A program made the translations under genes and the position numbers. From the NCBI GenBank assembly GCA_963699515.1, contig CAVOUD010000002.1, positions 98,549-162,548 of the forward strand: 64,000 bases of DNA, read 5' to 3'. Of the stretch, positions 41,920 to 51,152 are shown piece by piece (the first letter of the stretch is position 1; every line of letters begins with the position of its first letter). Under the pieces are notes generated by a model, which was not told where the DNA came from, made no database searches, and saw only the letters and a program-made list of their open reading frames with translations. The stretch is from an uncultured Methanoregulaceae archaeon. GTDB taxonomy: Archaea > Halobacteriota > Methanomicrobia > Methanomicrobiales > Methanospirillaceae.

Positions 41920-43398
41920 TTAAACTCCATTCTTCCTTCCCTCGTTCTCCAACCCGACGAGGTTCTTAAACTTCTGCAGGATGGGTTCGATGACAAACTC
42001 AAGCAGCTGGTCTTTGTTCTCGACCTTTCCAAAGTAATGAAGGGGGAGGGTGGCTGCAGCCATATTCGGGTGACCTCCCGCATCACCCATCTCCCCGAAC
42101 GCTTCTGAGAGTGCGTTGCCGATATGCAGCCTGATATCGCGGTTGCGGGCGGAGATCACGATCGCGTTATCAGTGATACCATACACGAGTGCAGTATTCA
42201 CCCCTTCGAGAGTGATAAGAATATCGGCAGCCTGGGGGAGTGCATCGCGGTTCATCACGTAGCCGACATTGGCAAAGAGATACCCGCTCTGCACCTTGCG
42301 CCGGGTAATCGCTGAACCAATAACGTCAAGAGTTTCCTGCGACATGGAAGGTGACATGATCTTATCGAGCAGGTCAGCATCCGTGAGCGGCAGGAGGAAA
42401 CCCGCATAGTTGAGATCCTGAGGCGTTACATTACGCTTGAACTCCTTGGTATCCGTACGGATACCGTAGAGAAGTGCAGTTGCGACCCGCTTGTCAACCG
42501 GGACATCGAGCTCCTGCAGGTACTGGGTGAGGATACTTGCGGTAGCACCTACACCAGGGCGGATATCGACAAACGTGGTCTGCGTCGCCATGTGCCTGCC
42601 CTCCTTGTGATGGTCGATAATAATATTAATCCTGGTCTGCGGAGGTACGTCATTGTTCGCACCAGGTCCCGAACTGTCGACAAGAGCAAGATAGGTGCAT
42701 TTCTGGAGAGCTTCTGCAGTCATATGCTCCATCTTGATGTCGAGCAGGTTGACAAAAGTCCGGTTTTCCTGGTGACCAATACTACCTTCGTAGAAGATCC
42801 GTGTTGTAAGTGATTTCGGGTTGGCATGTTTTGCGATCTCGGCAAGGGCCATGGCAGAAGAGATCGCATCCGGATCCGGATTCTTGTGGGTGATGATACC
42901 CAGTGTGCCATCCCAGCCAGCAAGCAGGGTAAAGAGCCGCTGGGAAATCCTGCTCGAGTACTGCTTTTTGATCTGAAGGATTGCGGACCGTGCAACCACT
43001 TCCTGGGGGTAGAGCACAAATTCCGCTCCGGCAGCAGTGAGCATCTGCCCGTTCACCGGATCGATCGAACGCACGACTACCTGAACGGCCGGGTACCGTT
43101 TCTTGATAGCGAGAACAGCTGCGAGATTGGCATCACCATTACCGGTCATCACGAACGCAATCTCGAAACCAGGGAGTCCGCTCAGCATGTCCGGCGAGGT
43201 GATGTCCCGCAGGTACGCGTCATACTTCTGGTCACGGAGGTTACGGACGCGTGTATCATCCTTGTCAACCACGATCACGCGCTCATTCTCTTTTGCGAGT
43301 TCCAGAATGATGTTGTAGCCGTTGGTACCGCAACCGAAAATGCAGTATTTTGTCGTTCCCGGCTGCTCAAACGGGGCTTCCTGTGGCATGTTACTCAA
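41920..43398 (-). CDS. TrkA-N (RCK) domain fused to a DHH/DHHA1 phosphoesterase
   Basis: N-terminal IFGCGTNG Rossmann motif, then HKNPDPDA, DHH, GIRTDT and AGGH. Confidence 0.88.
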   Translation of the reverse strand: MSNMPQEAPFEQPGTTKYCIFGCGTNGYNIILELAKENERVIVVDKDDTRVRNLRDQKYDAYLRDITSPDMLSGLPGFEIAFVMTGNGDANLAAVLAIKKRYPAVQVVVRSIDPVNGQMLTAAGAEFVLYPQEVVARSAILQIKKQYSSRISQRLFTLLAGWDGTLGIITHKNPDPDAISSAMALAEIAKHANPKSLTTRIFYEGSIGHQENRTFVNLLDIKMEHMTAEALQKCTYLALVDSSGPGANNDVPPQTRINIIIDHHKEGRHMATQTTFVDIRPGVGATASILTQYLQELDVPVDKRVATALLYGIRTDTKEFKRNVTPQDLNYAGFLLPLTDADLLDKIMSPSMSQETLDVIGSAITRRKVQSGYLFANVGYVMNRDALPQAADILITLEGVNTALVYGITDNAIVISARNRDIRLHIGNALSEAFGEMGDAGGHPNMAAATLPLHYFGKVENKDQLLEFVIEPILQKFKNLVGLENEGRKNGV

Positions 43399-43494
43399 AG
43401 ATCTATCATTCCAGCGTATTAAGGGATTCCAATGCGATCATCTCCAAAACATTTATTCAGCATTATCAACCACATTATTAGGTCTAACGAGCGC

Positions 43495-43569
43495 GGGTCT
43501 GTCAGCTTAGTTCGGCATAGCGGCGGACTCTTAATCCGCAGGTCAAGGGTTCAAATCCCTTCAGGCCCG
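43495..43569 (+). tRNA. tRNA-Lys(CTT)
   Basis: Acceptor GGGTCTG/CAGGCCC, anticodon arm GCGGA-CTCTTAA-TCCGC, T arm AAGGG-TTCAAAT-CCCTT. One extra base at positions 8-9; CCA not encoded. Confidence 0.9.
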
Positions 43570-43758
43570 TTTTTCTGTGATTTTTACCTCGTAAAAGATT
43601 TTTCCTGTTTTCCCGATAACTATTATCATGCCCATTGCTGCCGGTCAGCTGGATTCATGCTATCCATCCCATCCGTAAGAGAGGAGGAAAGGGGGGTTCC
43701 TATTCAGGCATCAGTAAAAAAGATTGGCAGAGAACTGCATTGCAACATCCTCTAAGGG

Positions 43759-44040
43759 TTACTTTTTCAAAACACCTTCAAGCCAGTCACCGATAAAGGC
43801 GCCCACGATAAAGATGATCACGAAGATCAAAATCTCGATAAAAATACCGAACACTCCCAGGAAACCGACATCACGACTTATGCCTCCTGGAACAACAAAC
43901 ATCGAAACGAGCACAAAAATAATACCCAGGACAATACCGATGATTGCGCTATTTCTGAGGATGCCCGTGAGGTCTTCCTTTCCATGGTGAAAAAAACCAA
44001 ATGATATACCGATGATGAAATTCAGTAGTTCAAGCCACAT
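43759..44040 (-). CDS. Small three-TM membrane protein
   Basis: 93 aa, hydrophobic, with GKED and GAFIGDWLE motifs. Confidence 0.75.
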   Translation of the reverse strand: MWLELLNFIIGISFGFFHHGKEDLTGILRNSAIIGIVLGIIFVLVSMFVVPGGISRDVGFLGVFGIFIEILIFVIIFIVGAFIGDWLEGVLKK

Positions 44041-44182
44041 ATATATTTTCCAGATGTAAAGCAGAATATAAAACTCCCACCACTAAATAGGTTCCGGGTA
44101 GTGACGGGCATACCTGCCTGCCATATCCTTGATTTAATGCCGTCAGGAATCGTGTCTGGATGGCTGAAAGGAACACCATCCT

Positions 44183-44533
44183 TTATTCAAGGGTGATGAA
44201 AGCCTGCCGCCATGGTTTTTTCCCGATCACCCGGGTTTTATGGCCTTGACCGGAAACATCCTCGGCAAGCAGGACATCCCCCTTACCAAACCGCCGTTTA
44301 TCGCCGCTGCTCACCTCAATTTCAGCCCTTCCTTCAAGGGTAATAACATACTCCCGGCAGACAACATTGTGCCAGGTATATCGATAATCTGCCGGGACTT
44401 CCCTGAAAAAGAAGGCCTTTACACCAAACGGTTCGGTAAAAAAGCCCAGGGGACCACGGGATTCAAGCTGAATCTCAATTTCATCAAAATGGGACTGGTT
44501 ATCATTCCCGGTATAAAGTCTCGTGATTCGCAT
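44183..44533 (-). CDS. Cupin-like protein
   Basis: RLYTG.D.QSHF, WH...REYVITLEG and EDVSGQGH motifs. Confidence 0.85.
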   Translation of the reverse strand: MRITRLYTGNDNQSHFDEIEIQLESRGPLGFFTEPFGVKAFFFREVPADYRYTWHNVVCREYVITLEGRAEIEVSSGDKRRFGKGDVLLAEDVSGQGHKTRVIGKKPWRQAFITLE

Positions 44534-44651
44534 AGTCTATCCTCTGGTAGGTATTCCTGATGGAAAAAATTCCGGAACGTGAAACAGTAAATACTTTTCA
44601 ATCGGTGCAAAAGATAAATTTTTTGTTTCATTTGCTCTGCACATGTAACCT

Positions 44652-44775
44652 CTTTGCTGATGAGATCCTTCCTGAAGAGGGGGTTCTTCCCCATCCCGCT
44701 TTAACGGGAATCAAGGTTTGGCAGTAATCCTGGATTCATGGTAAATTTTTCCCGTAGTTCTGGCAGGAGAATGGG
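44652..44775 (+). repeat. 124-bp direct repeat, copy 1
   Basis: Identical to 46497-46620 except one base (TCTGGC vs TCTAGC). Confidence 0.95.
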
Positions 44776-44787
44776 ATAAAAAAGGAT

Positions 44788-44979
44788 TTATTTCTTTTTC
44801 GAGGATTTTTCATCGTGATGGATCAATTTGCACCTGTTCACGCACTCCCAGTTCTCTGGCAGGAATTTTCCGTCAGATCCAGGTTTCATGACTGCGTTAT
44901 GCTTTGCACCGCACACAAGGCATTCCATAAGTCCCGTCGATTCGTCAACCATTTTCATCACTTTTTCTTTCTTTGTCAT
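44788..44979 (-). CDS. Small putative zinc-binding protein
   Basis: 63 aa with TGLMECLVCG...WECVNRC. Confidence 0.7.
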   Translation of the reverse strand: MTKKEKVMKMVDESTGLMECLVCGAKHNAVMKPGSDGKFLPENWECVNRCKLIHHDEKSSKKK

Positions 44980-45183
44980 GCTACCAATGTCGATCGTTAA
45001 GGGTGATAAAATCATGGAATGGGAAATCGGGTCGGATACCCTGCCTCCCCTCATGCTTGAAAAGGTATTACCGTCCTGCAAAAGAGTGATTGAATTAAGG
45101 TCTGATACGCCGTCACATCTTCAAACACAGCACATAAATTCTTGCAGGAGAACAAAGAGAATTATCAGACAGGCGTAAAACAA

Positions 45184-45751
45184 ATGGAATTCAAAGGGAG
45201 CAGAACAGAACGTCCTTGCTGCATTTGCCGGCGAGTCACAGGCACACACACGCTACAGTTTCTTTGCAAGCACAGCACGTAAGGAAGGTTACGAGCAAAT
45301 TGGAGGGATCTTCCAGCAGACTTCAAAAAAAAGAAAGAACAAGCAAAACTGTTTTTCAAACAGCTGCAGGGAGGCGATGTAGAAATTACTGCAGAATATC
45401 CCGCGGGTGTGATAGGTGCCATGAAGGATAACCTCAGGGCGGCTGCACAGGGCGAAAAGAGGGAGTGGGGCACATTATTTCCTGCGTTTGCAAAGGCTGC
45501 AGATGAAGAAGGGTTCAAAGACATTGCCAATCTTTTTTAAACAGGTTGCCAAGGTGGAAGCATACCATACACGACGGTATGCAAAACTGCTCGCAAATCT
45601 TGAAAAAGGCGAGGTCTTCAAAAAGGACACTCCTGCACAATGGTACTGCCGGAACTGCGGCTATGTCCATGACGGCAAAGCAGCCGCAATGAAATGCTCG
45701 GTCTGTGATCACCCGCAGAGTTATTTCGAATTGTGGGTAGAGAATTACTAA
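45184..45751 (+). CDS. rbr: Rubrerythrin (several apparent frameshifts)
   Basis: MEFKGSRTE / AFAGESQA..RY / GEKREW..LFPAFAKAADEEGF / VAKVEAYH..RY / WYCRNCGY..CSVCDHPQSYF, across several frames. Confidence 0.85.
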
Positions 45752-45868
45752 AACCGGATTATTCTTTTTTGAGTCCTGTTCGGGCTGCAGGAACTGTACA
45801 AAAATCCTCCGGCTTCACCATAATACCTCACCGCAACTCTTTTTTCCGATCACTGCAATCAATCCATT

Positions 45869-46298
45869 ATGCCAAAACCCGGTCTTGACCGCTCCCTGTT
45901 CATCGTCCTCCTTGTCACTATTACCGTCATAGTCGCAATAGTACCTGCTGAGCACAAATACCGCTGCCCCGGATTCTGGTGGTGGCACAGGAACCCTTAC
46001 CGGCAATGTCACCATCGGACCCTTGTGTCCGGTTGAACCATGCACGGTTACAACGGATCGGCTAGCTGCTGCGTATGACGCACGCACAATTGTTGTTTCG
46101 GGTCGTGGTGGAGTGGTTATTGCAGAAGATGTACCAGACCCGTATACTGGTTATTCTTTCATCCTCAGACCCGGAATCTATGGTGTGGATATCAGACATC
46201 AGGGAATTGACCGGAGCCCGGAACTTCCAACAACGGTCACAATCCGTACAGGTGAAACGATTCGTCTCGATATCTCCATCGATACCGGCATACGGTGA
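45869..46298 (+). CDS. Membrane-anchored secreted protein (apparent frameshift near 45940)
   Basis: N-terminal TM helix, then GTLTGNVTIGPLCPVEPC...LDISIDTGIR in the next frame. Confidence 0.65.
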
Positions 46299-46496
46299 TG
46301 TGATATACCCCGGTTTTTTCCCGTTCCACCCTAACGAAGCGATTACCCGCTCAATACCATGAAAAGTAGTACCAGGATGATGATCACCACAATGCAATCA
46401 TAATTTTCAGCCAGGGAATCCCCTCACACGGTTTCTCTTGTTTTTTTCGTTCTGATTCTGCACAGTATCCGCTGCCGGTAGTAGTTACTCCACCGC

Positions 46497-46620
46497 CTTT
46501 GCTGATGAGATCCTTCCTGAAGAGGGGGTTCTTCCCCATCCCGCTTTAACGGGAATCAAGGTTTGGCAGTAATCCTGGATTCATGGTAAATTTTTCCCGT
46601 AGTTCTAGCAGGAGAATGGG
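46497..46620 (+). repeat. 124-bp direct repeat, copy 2
   Basis: See 44652-44775. Confidence 0.95.
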
Positions 46621-46743
46621 GGCGTGACCTCTTTTCCGCAGTGATCACACTGTGCCATACCTCATCGTCGCCTTTCATCACATAAAATCCTGTGTTGGTG
46701 TAGCAAACGCCTTATGCCCGATGAGTGCCGGAATACTTAGGGT

Positions 46744-47127
46744 ATGGGGCATTATATCCGGGGCGATGTAGTTATTGCTCCAGTTGTTTTTGAAGAGCGG
46801 AGCGGGACAAAGACCCGTCCTGCTGTGGTGATTGCCACGGGACAGTCCCATGAAGTCTACCTCTGCCCGGTCAGCAGTAAGCTCCCGGCAGATGCATCTT
46901 GTGTGCCGATTTCACTGGACGATTTTTCAGAAGGCGGGCTCGATCTTTTTGGCGAAAGCTATGTTTTGACTTCGAGGGTTATAGTGATAAGGAGAGGAGA
47001 AGTCATTGGAAAACGGGGACGGCTCAGTGAGGAGTCTATCACTTCTATTATGATCAAGGTGCCACAATCTTTGATACCCGGCAATGATGGGTCAAAAGGA
47101 ACGAACGGTTCGCGATCCGTGCGATAA
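46744..47127 (+). CDS. PemK/MazF-family toxin-like protein
   Basis: RGDVVIAP..F...SGTKTRPAVV...CPVSS and GEVIGKRGRL motifs. Confidence 0.8.
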   Translation: MGHYIRGDVVIAPVVFEERSGTKTRPAVVIATGQSHEVYLCPVSSKLPADASCVPISLDDFSEGGLDLFGESYVLTSRVIVIRRGEVIGKRGRLSEESITSIMIKVPQSLIPGNDGSKGTNGSRSVR

Positions 47128-47180
47128 TCGTATCAACTTATGTTCGTATTCTTAGTATCAAGCGTGATGAGGTTGTTGAT

Positions 47181-48713
47181 ATGGACATTGCACATAGCCT
47201 GAACGAGATCGAAAAACAGGTCGGAAGACTCTCCCCTATGCAGAAATTCCTTCTGGGCACCGATGGATCGGTCACACAGATTCTGGAAGCAATAACGGGA
47301 AAACAAGTCGTTATCGAAACACAGGTGCAAGAGATCATCGCAGCCGATCCTACAACCGCAGAACATCTCGGAATCACCCAGGGTGATCCGGTCAATTACC
47401 GGATTGTCGAGATCAAGACAGCAGCAAGTAGGGAGGTGTTGATCTATGCAATATCATATACACCAATCGCCCGGCTCTCCCAGGAATTCAAGGACGATCT
47501 GATGAAAGCGGACATTCCTATTGGCAGGATTATCCAGAATCACCGGATTGAGGCACGGCGTGAGATCCTGAATGCCCGGGTTTTTCCCGCATCAGAGGAA
47601 ACTGGCAGGATATTTTCCATCTGCAGCCGTGAACCGCTGCTCATCCGGCAGTACCGGATTATCCATGGGGGTGAACCGCTGATCTTTATCGAAGAGCAGT
47701 TTCCCTACAACAGGTTCCTCGAGGAACGCCGGATAATCGTCCAGACGCCGTCACGCATCCATCTCACGCTCATCGATATGCACGGGGGATCCGGGCGTAT
47801 TGACGGAAGTGTCGGGATTGCTCTGAACGAACCGAGTATCCTTCTTGAAGTGCGCCAGAGTCAGGTACTTAACGTCAAAGGTTGTGACAGTGTAACGCGG
47901 GAACGTATCATGGATTCTGCCCATCAGATCCTGAAAGGTTTGCATGCCGGAGGAAATGTATCCATTACCGTGCGGGAATATTACCCCGCCCATATTGGTC
48001 TCGGCAGTGGATCGCAGCTCATGCTTGCGATCGCCCGTGGGATCGCTGAGGTTTATGGCAGATCGCTCACCATACAAGAGCTGGCCCTTCTGGTTGGTCG
48101 CGGGGGGACGTCAGGAATTGGTACTGCTGCGTTCGAACACGGGGGATTTATTATCGACGGGGGACACACGTTCGGACAAGGACGCGAGAAAAACGACTTC
48201 CGACCGTCCGCAGCTTCACGGGGGGTAAGGCCTCCTCCCGTCATTGTGCGTCATGAGTTTCCTGCTGACTGGCGCATCCTGCTTGCGATGCCGAACCTGC
48301 CTCCCGGTGCCAGCGGCATGAAAGAAACCGATATGTTTAAAATTCACTGCCCGGTCCCGCTTGATGAGGTACAGGTAATCTGCCACGAGATTCTGATGCG
48401 GATGCTTCCCGGAATTATCGAACATGACCTTGAACTGTTCGGTTCTTCTGTCAATGTGATCCAGAGTCTTGGGTTCAAGAAGGTTGAACTGGGTTTGCAG
48501 CCAAAGCAGATCCCTGACCTTATTGAACTAATGCGGTCATCAGGAGCGGCTTGTGCAGGTATGAGTTCATTTGGTCCCACGGTTTTTGCGATAGATGATA
48601 CGGATATGCAGGAGATTGAACAGGCAACCCAATCATTCATGAACGATCACGGGGGAGGATCATCCATGATAACATCCGCCCAGAACAAAGGGGCAACAGT
48701 CAGGATCGCTTAA
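47181..48713 (+). CDS. Fusion of a chorismate-lyase-like (UbiC/DUF98) domain and beta-RFAP synthase (GHMP family)
   Basis: N-terminal LLGTDGSVTQILE, ADIPIGRI and IEEQFP. C-terminal TPSRIHLTLID, HIGLGSGSQ, GRGGTSGIG, GGFIIDGGH and GMSSFGP. Confidence 0.9.
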   Translation: MDIAHSLNEIEKQVGRLSPMQKFLLGTDGSVTQILEAITGKQVVIETQVQEIIAADPTTAEHLGITQGDPVNYRIVEIKTAASREVLIYAISYTPIARLSQEFKDDLMKADIPIGRIIQNHRIEARREILNARVFPASEETGRIFSICSREPLLIRQYRIIHGGEPLIFIEEQFPYNRFLEERRIIVQTPSRIHLTLIDMHGGSGRIDGSVGIALNEPSILLEVRQSQVLNVKGCDSVTRERIMDSAHQILKGLHAGGNVSITVREYYPAHIGLGSGSQLMLAIARGIAEVYGRSLTIQELALLVGRGGTSGIGTAAFEHGGFIIDGGHTFGQGREKNDFRPSAASRGVRPPPVIVRHEFPADWRILLAMPNLPPGASGMKETDMFKIHCPVPLDEVQVICHEILMRMLPGIIEHDLELFGSSVNVIQSLGFKKVELGLQPKQIPDLIELMRSSGAACAGMSSFGPTVFAIDDTDMQEIEQATQSFMNDHGGGSSMITSAQNKGATVRIA

Positions 48714-48763
48714 TTTTTCTATGTGACGAATTTAAAAAATTAAGAGAAGAACATTCAGAAAAT

Positions 48764-49273
48764 TTACAGCATCTTCTGCATCCATATCATATCGAAGGGT
48801 TCACCGAATTTACTTCCTGCATTATGCAACCTACCCACTTCGGTAAAACCACAACGCAGGTGAAATTGAATACTCGCTTTATTTTTTGAGGCCATGTTAG
48901 CAACAAGTGAAGTCATTCCCAATTTTTTCGCATCGTCCGTAAGCCGGTCGAGAAGTTTTTTCCCGAGACTCATGCGAGTGTACTCCGGCTGGATGAAGTA
49001 GGTCAGCATACCTGTTGTGATAAAAGCAGGAAACGGCATGAGCGGTTTCATGAATCCAAAACCCACGATGTGTGCAACATATTCAAGGACGTAAAAACCG
49101 AGTGCCCCTTCACGTAAAAATGCAAAGAACCGGTCGTTCACAGGTATTTCCGGATAGGCAGCATCACTGGTTGCAGCGTAGTAATTAAAAATTGCGATGA
49201 TCTGGTCGCGATCACTGTCACGGACTTCGCGGATGACCACATCGTCATCGCTGCATTGCTTCTCGTTTTTCAT
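48764..49273 (-). CDS. GNAT N-acetyltransferase (phosphinothricin acetyltransferase-like)
   Basis: IFNYY, NKASIQFH..CGF and KFG.PFDMIWMQK motifs. Confidence 0.85.
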   Translation of the reverse strand: MKNEKQCSDDDVVIREVRDSDRDQIIAIFNYYAATSDAAYPEIPVNDRFFAFLREGALGFYVLEYVAHIVGFGFMKPLMPFPAFITTGMLTYFIQPEYTRMSLGKKLLDRLTDDAKKLGMTSLVANMASKNKASIQFHLRCGFTEVGRLHNAGSKFGEPFDMIWMQKML

Positions 49274-49377
49274 TGAAAAAACCGGGATTGACTGATACCT
49301 GATTGTTTTTTTATTCGGTATTTTTATTTTTTAGGATTTGTTCTTTGCAACCGCATGGAATGAAAATTACCGGGATA

Positions 49378-49918
49378 TCAAAAAAAGACCTGCTTAAAAA
49401 TAAGGCCGTCGTTCCCGGCATCATCGGATAGTACCATATCTTCACCGTTCACCCCATACAAGCTGGCGTTTTGAAGGAGTGCGAAGTATTCCGATTCCTG
49501 TTCCATTACACCTGGGGGTTCATCACAATAGGCCATCGGGCTTACTATCCGGCTAATTGTAATCTGTTTTTCATCGGCCTGCCATATTCCTGCGTAAGGG
49601 TTACAGACTGTCAAATCCGCTGAAACTCCCGTTAATATGGAAGGTCAGCTGGATACCTGTTAACCGGACAGGGACTTTAGGAGTTCGATTGATGATCAAT
49701 GCTTTTACATACCATGGTCTGACCAGAGATGAAGGGTCATTCCCAACTAGGGAAAAGTTATGAGAACCCAATTGAGTAATATTTTTTGAATCGGTTGTCT
49801 TTTCAGGTGGATAGTCCATACAACCGGTTGCCAGGATGAGTCCCACCATCACCAGGATGACAACAATATCTGAAATTCTCAAACCATTCATCCAATGATT
49901 AACCTTCTCTGGTACCAT
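49378..49918 (-). CDS. META-domain (HslJ-like) lipoprotein (apparent frameshift near 49605)
   Basis: LATGC lipobox; SFSGFD / CNPY.G, MAYC...VMEQESEYFALL. Confidence 0.7.
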
Positions 49919-49940
49919 TCTATCCTCAGGATAAAAATGC

Positions 49941-50831
49941 TTATTTCCCGATTTTCACCAGCATCTCTTCGAGGGACGGGTACCGTGACTCGATCTTTTC
50001 CACTTTCCCCCCAGCTTCCGCAATAAGCGCGGTACATTCGTTGAGCTCGTTTATGTCCTCTGCATCACAGATGTAGAATCCTTCTTCCTTCCGGTAGGTT
50101 TTTGAATGCCCAATCAGTTTACCCGGGTCATCTATCGAGAAGAAGATCGTATACGTCAATGAACCAAACTGGTCGCGAAGCTGATTCATGTTCCCAAAAG
50201 CGACCATTTTACCTCGTTTGAGGATCATTACCTTGTCACAGATTGCCTCGACCTGGTAGAGGTTATGTGCCGAGAGCACGATCGTTTTGCCATCCTTTTT
50301 AAGCGTGCGCAGGTAATCGGCAATGAACCGCGAAGTCATCGGATCAAGCCCGCTCGTCGCTTCATCATACACGAGAAACTTCGGGTCATGGATGAGCGAG
50401 CGGGCGATTGCCACTTTCCGCTTCATACCCTTGCTGAACTCGCCGATCTTTTTCCCGTCAGGCTCAAGCGACAGCGCGGCGAACAGCTGGTTTGACCGGA
50501 CCCGGATCTCCTGCGCTGAAAGCCCGTAGATCTCACCGAAGAACGCGAGGTAGTTCTCGGCAGTCATCGTTTCATACAGCCGTGACTCTTCTGGCAGGTA
50601 GCCAAGAGTTTCCTTCAGGGCTACCGGGTTTTTTATCACATCCATATCGTTGATATACAGTTCACCGGATGTTGGCGCGATCAGGCCGGAAATGATCTTG
50701 AGGAGCGTGGTCTTGCCCGCCCCGTTATGCCCGATTATCCCGAAGATCTCGCCGTCTTCAAATTCAAAACTCACATCATCCAGAGCAGTAAAGGTGTCGA
50801 ATTTTTTCGTCAGGTTGCGGGCAGTGATCAT
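49941..50831 (-). CDS. ABC exporter ATP-binding protein (NatA/CcmA-like)
   Basis: GHNGAGKTT, FSKGM and DEATSGLDP motifs. Confidence 0.95.
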   Translation of the reverse strand: MITARNLTKKFDTFTALDDVSFEFEDGEIFGIIGHNGAGKTTLLKIISGLIAPTSGELYINDMDVIKNPVALKETLGYLPEESRLYETMTAENYLAFFGEIYGLSAQEIRVRSNQLFAALSLEPDGKKIGEFSKGMKRKVAIARSLIHDPKFLVYDEATSGLDPMTSRFIADYLRTLKKDGKTIVLSAHNLYQVEAICDKVMILKRGKMVAFGNMNQLRDQFGSLTYTIFFSIDDPGKLIGHSKTYRKEEGFYICDAEDINELNECTALIAEAGGKVEKIESRYPSLEEMLVKIGK

Positions 50832-51152
50832 GAACAGTTTCCTTATCGATCAGACTTGCCCGGAGTGTAACATATACCTTGGGATGCGGGCATTCCCTTC
50901 ATCTTGATCCACGCTGAATCCTGCAAGTCGGGTAACTGCGATGCGGGGTTGACCAGATAGTTGAACGCTGGATCAGGAGAGATGCATGAATCGTTATACA
51001 AGCAATATCGTGAGAGGATGAGAAGTGCGATGTCAACACCGATGATTATTTGACCAATACCCGATACAACTCTGTACTCAACCATTACCCTGCAGGGGTT
51101 CATACAATAACCTAAACGGCAGCGGTTACCGTCACCAGAGAAAGGACTGCTC

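Noticed and set aside
43502-43504. Extra nucleotide between the acceptor and D stems of tRNA-Lys, as an intron or unusual tRNA
   Set aside because: A single base with no bulge-helix-bulge motif, consistent with the indel errors seen throughout the window.
44657-44675. CTGATGA in the 124-bp repeat as a hammerhead ribozyme core or complete C/D-box sRNA
   Set aside because: No GAAA follows the putative stem II, the spacer to CTGA is only 8 nt, and there is no second C'/D pair.
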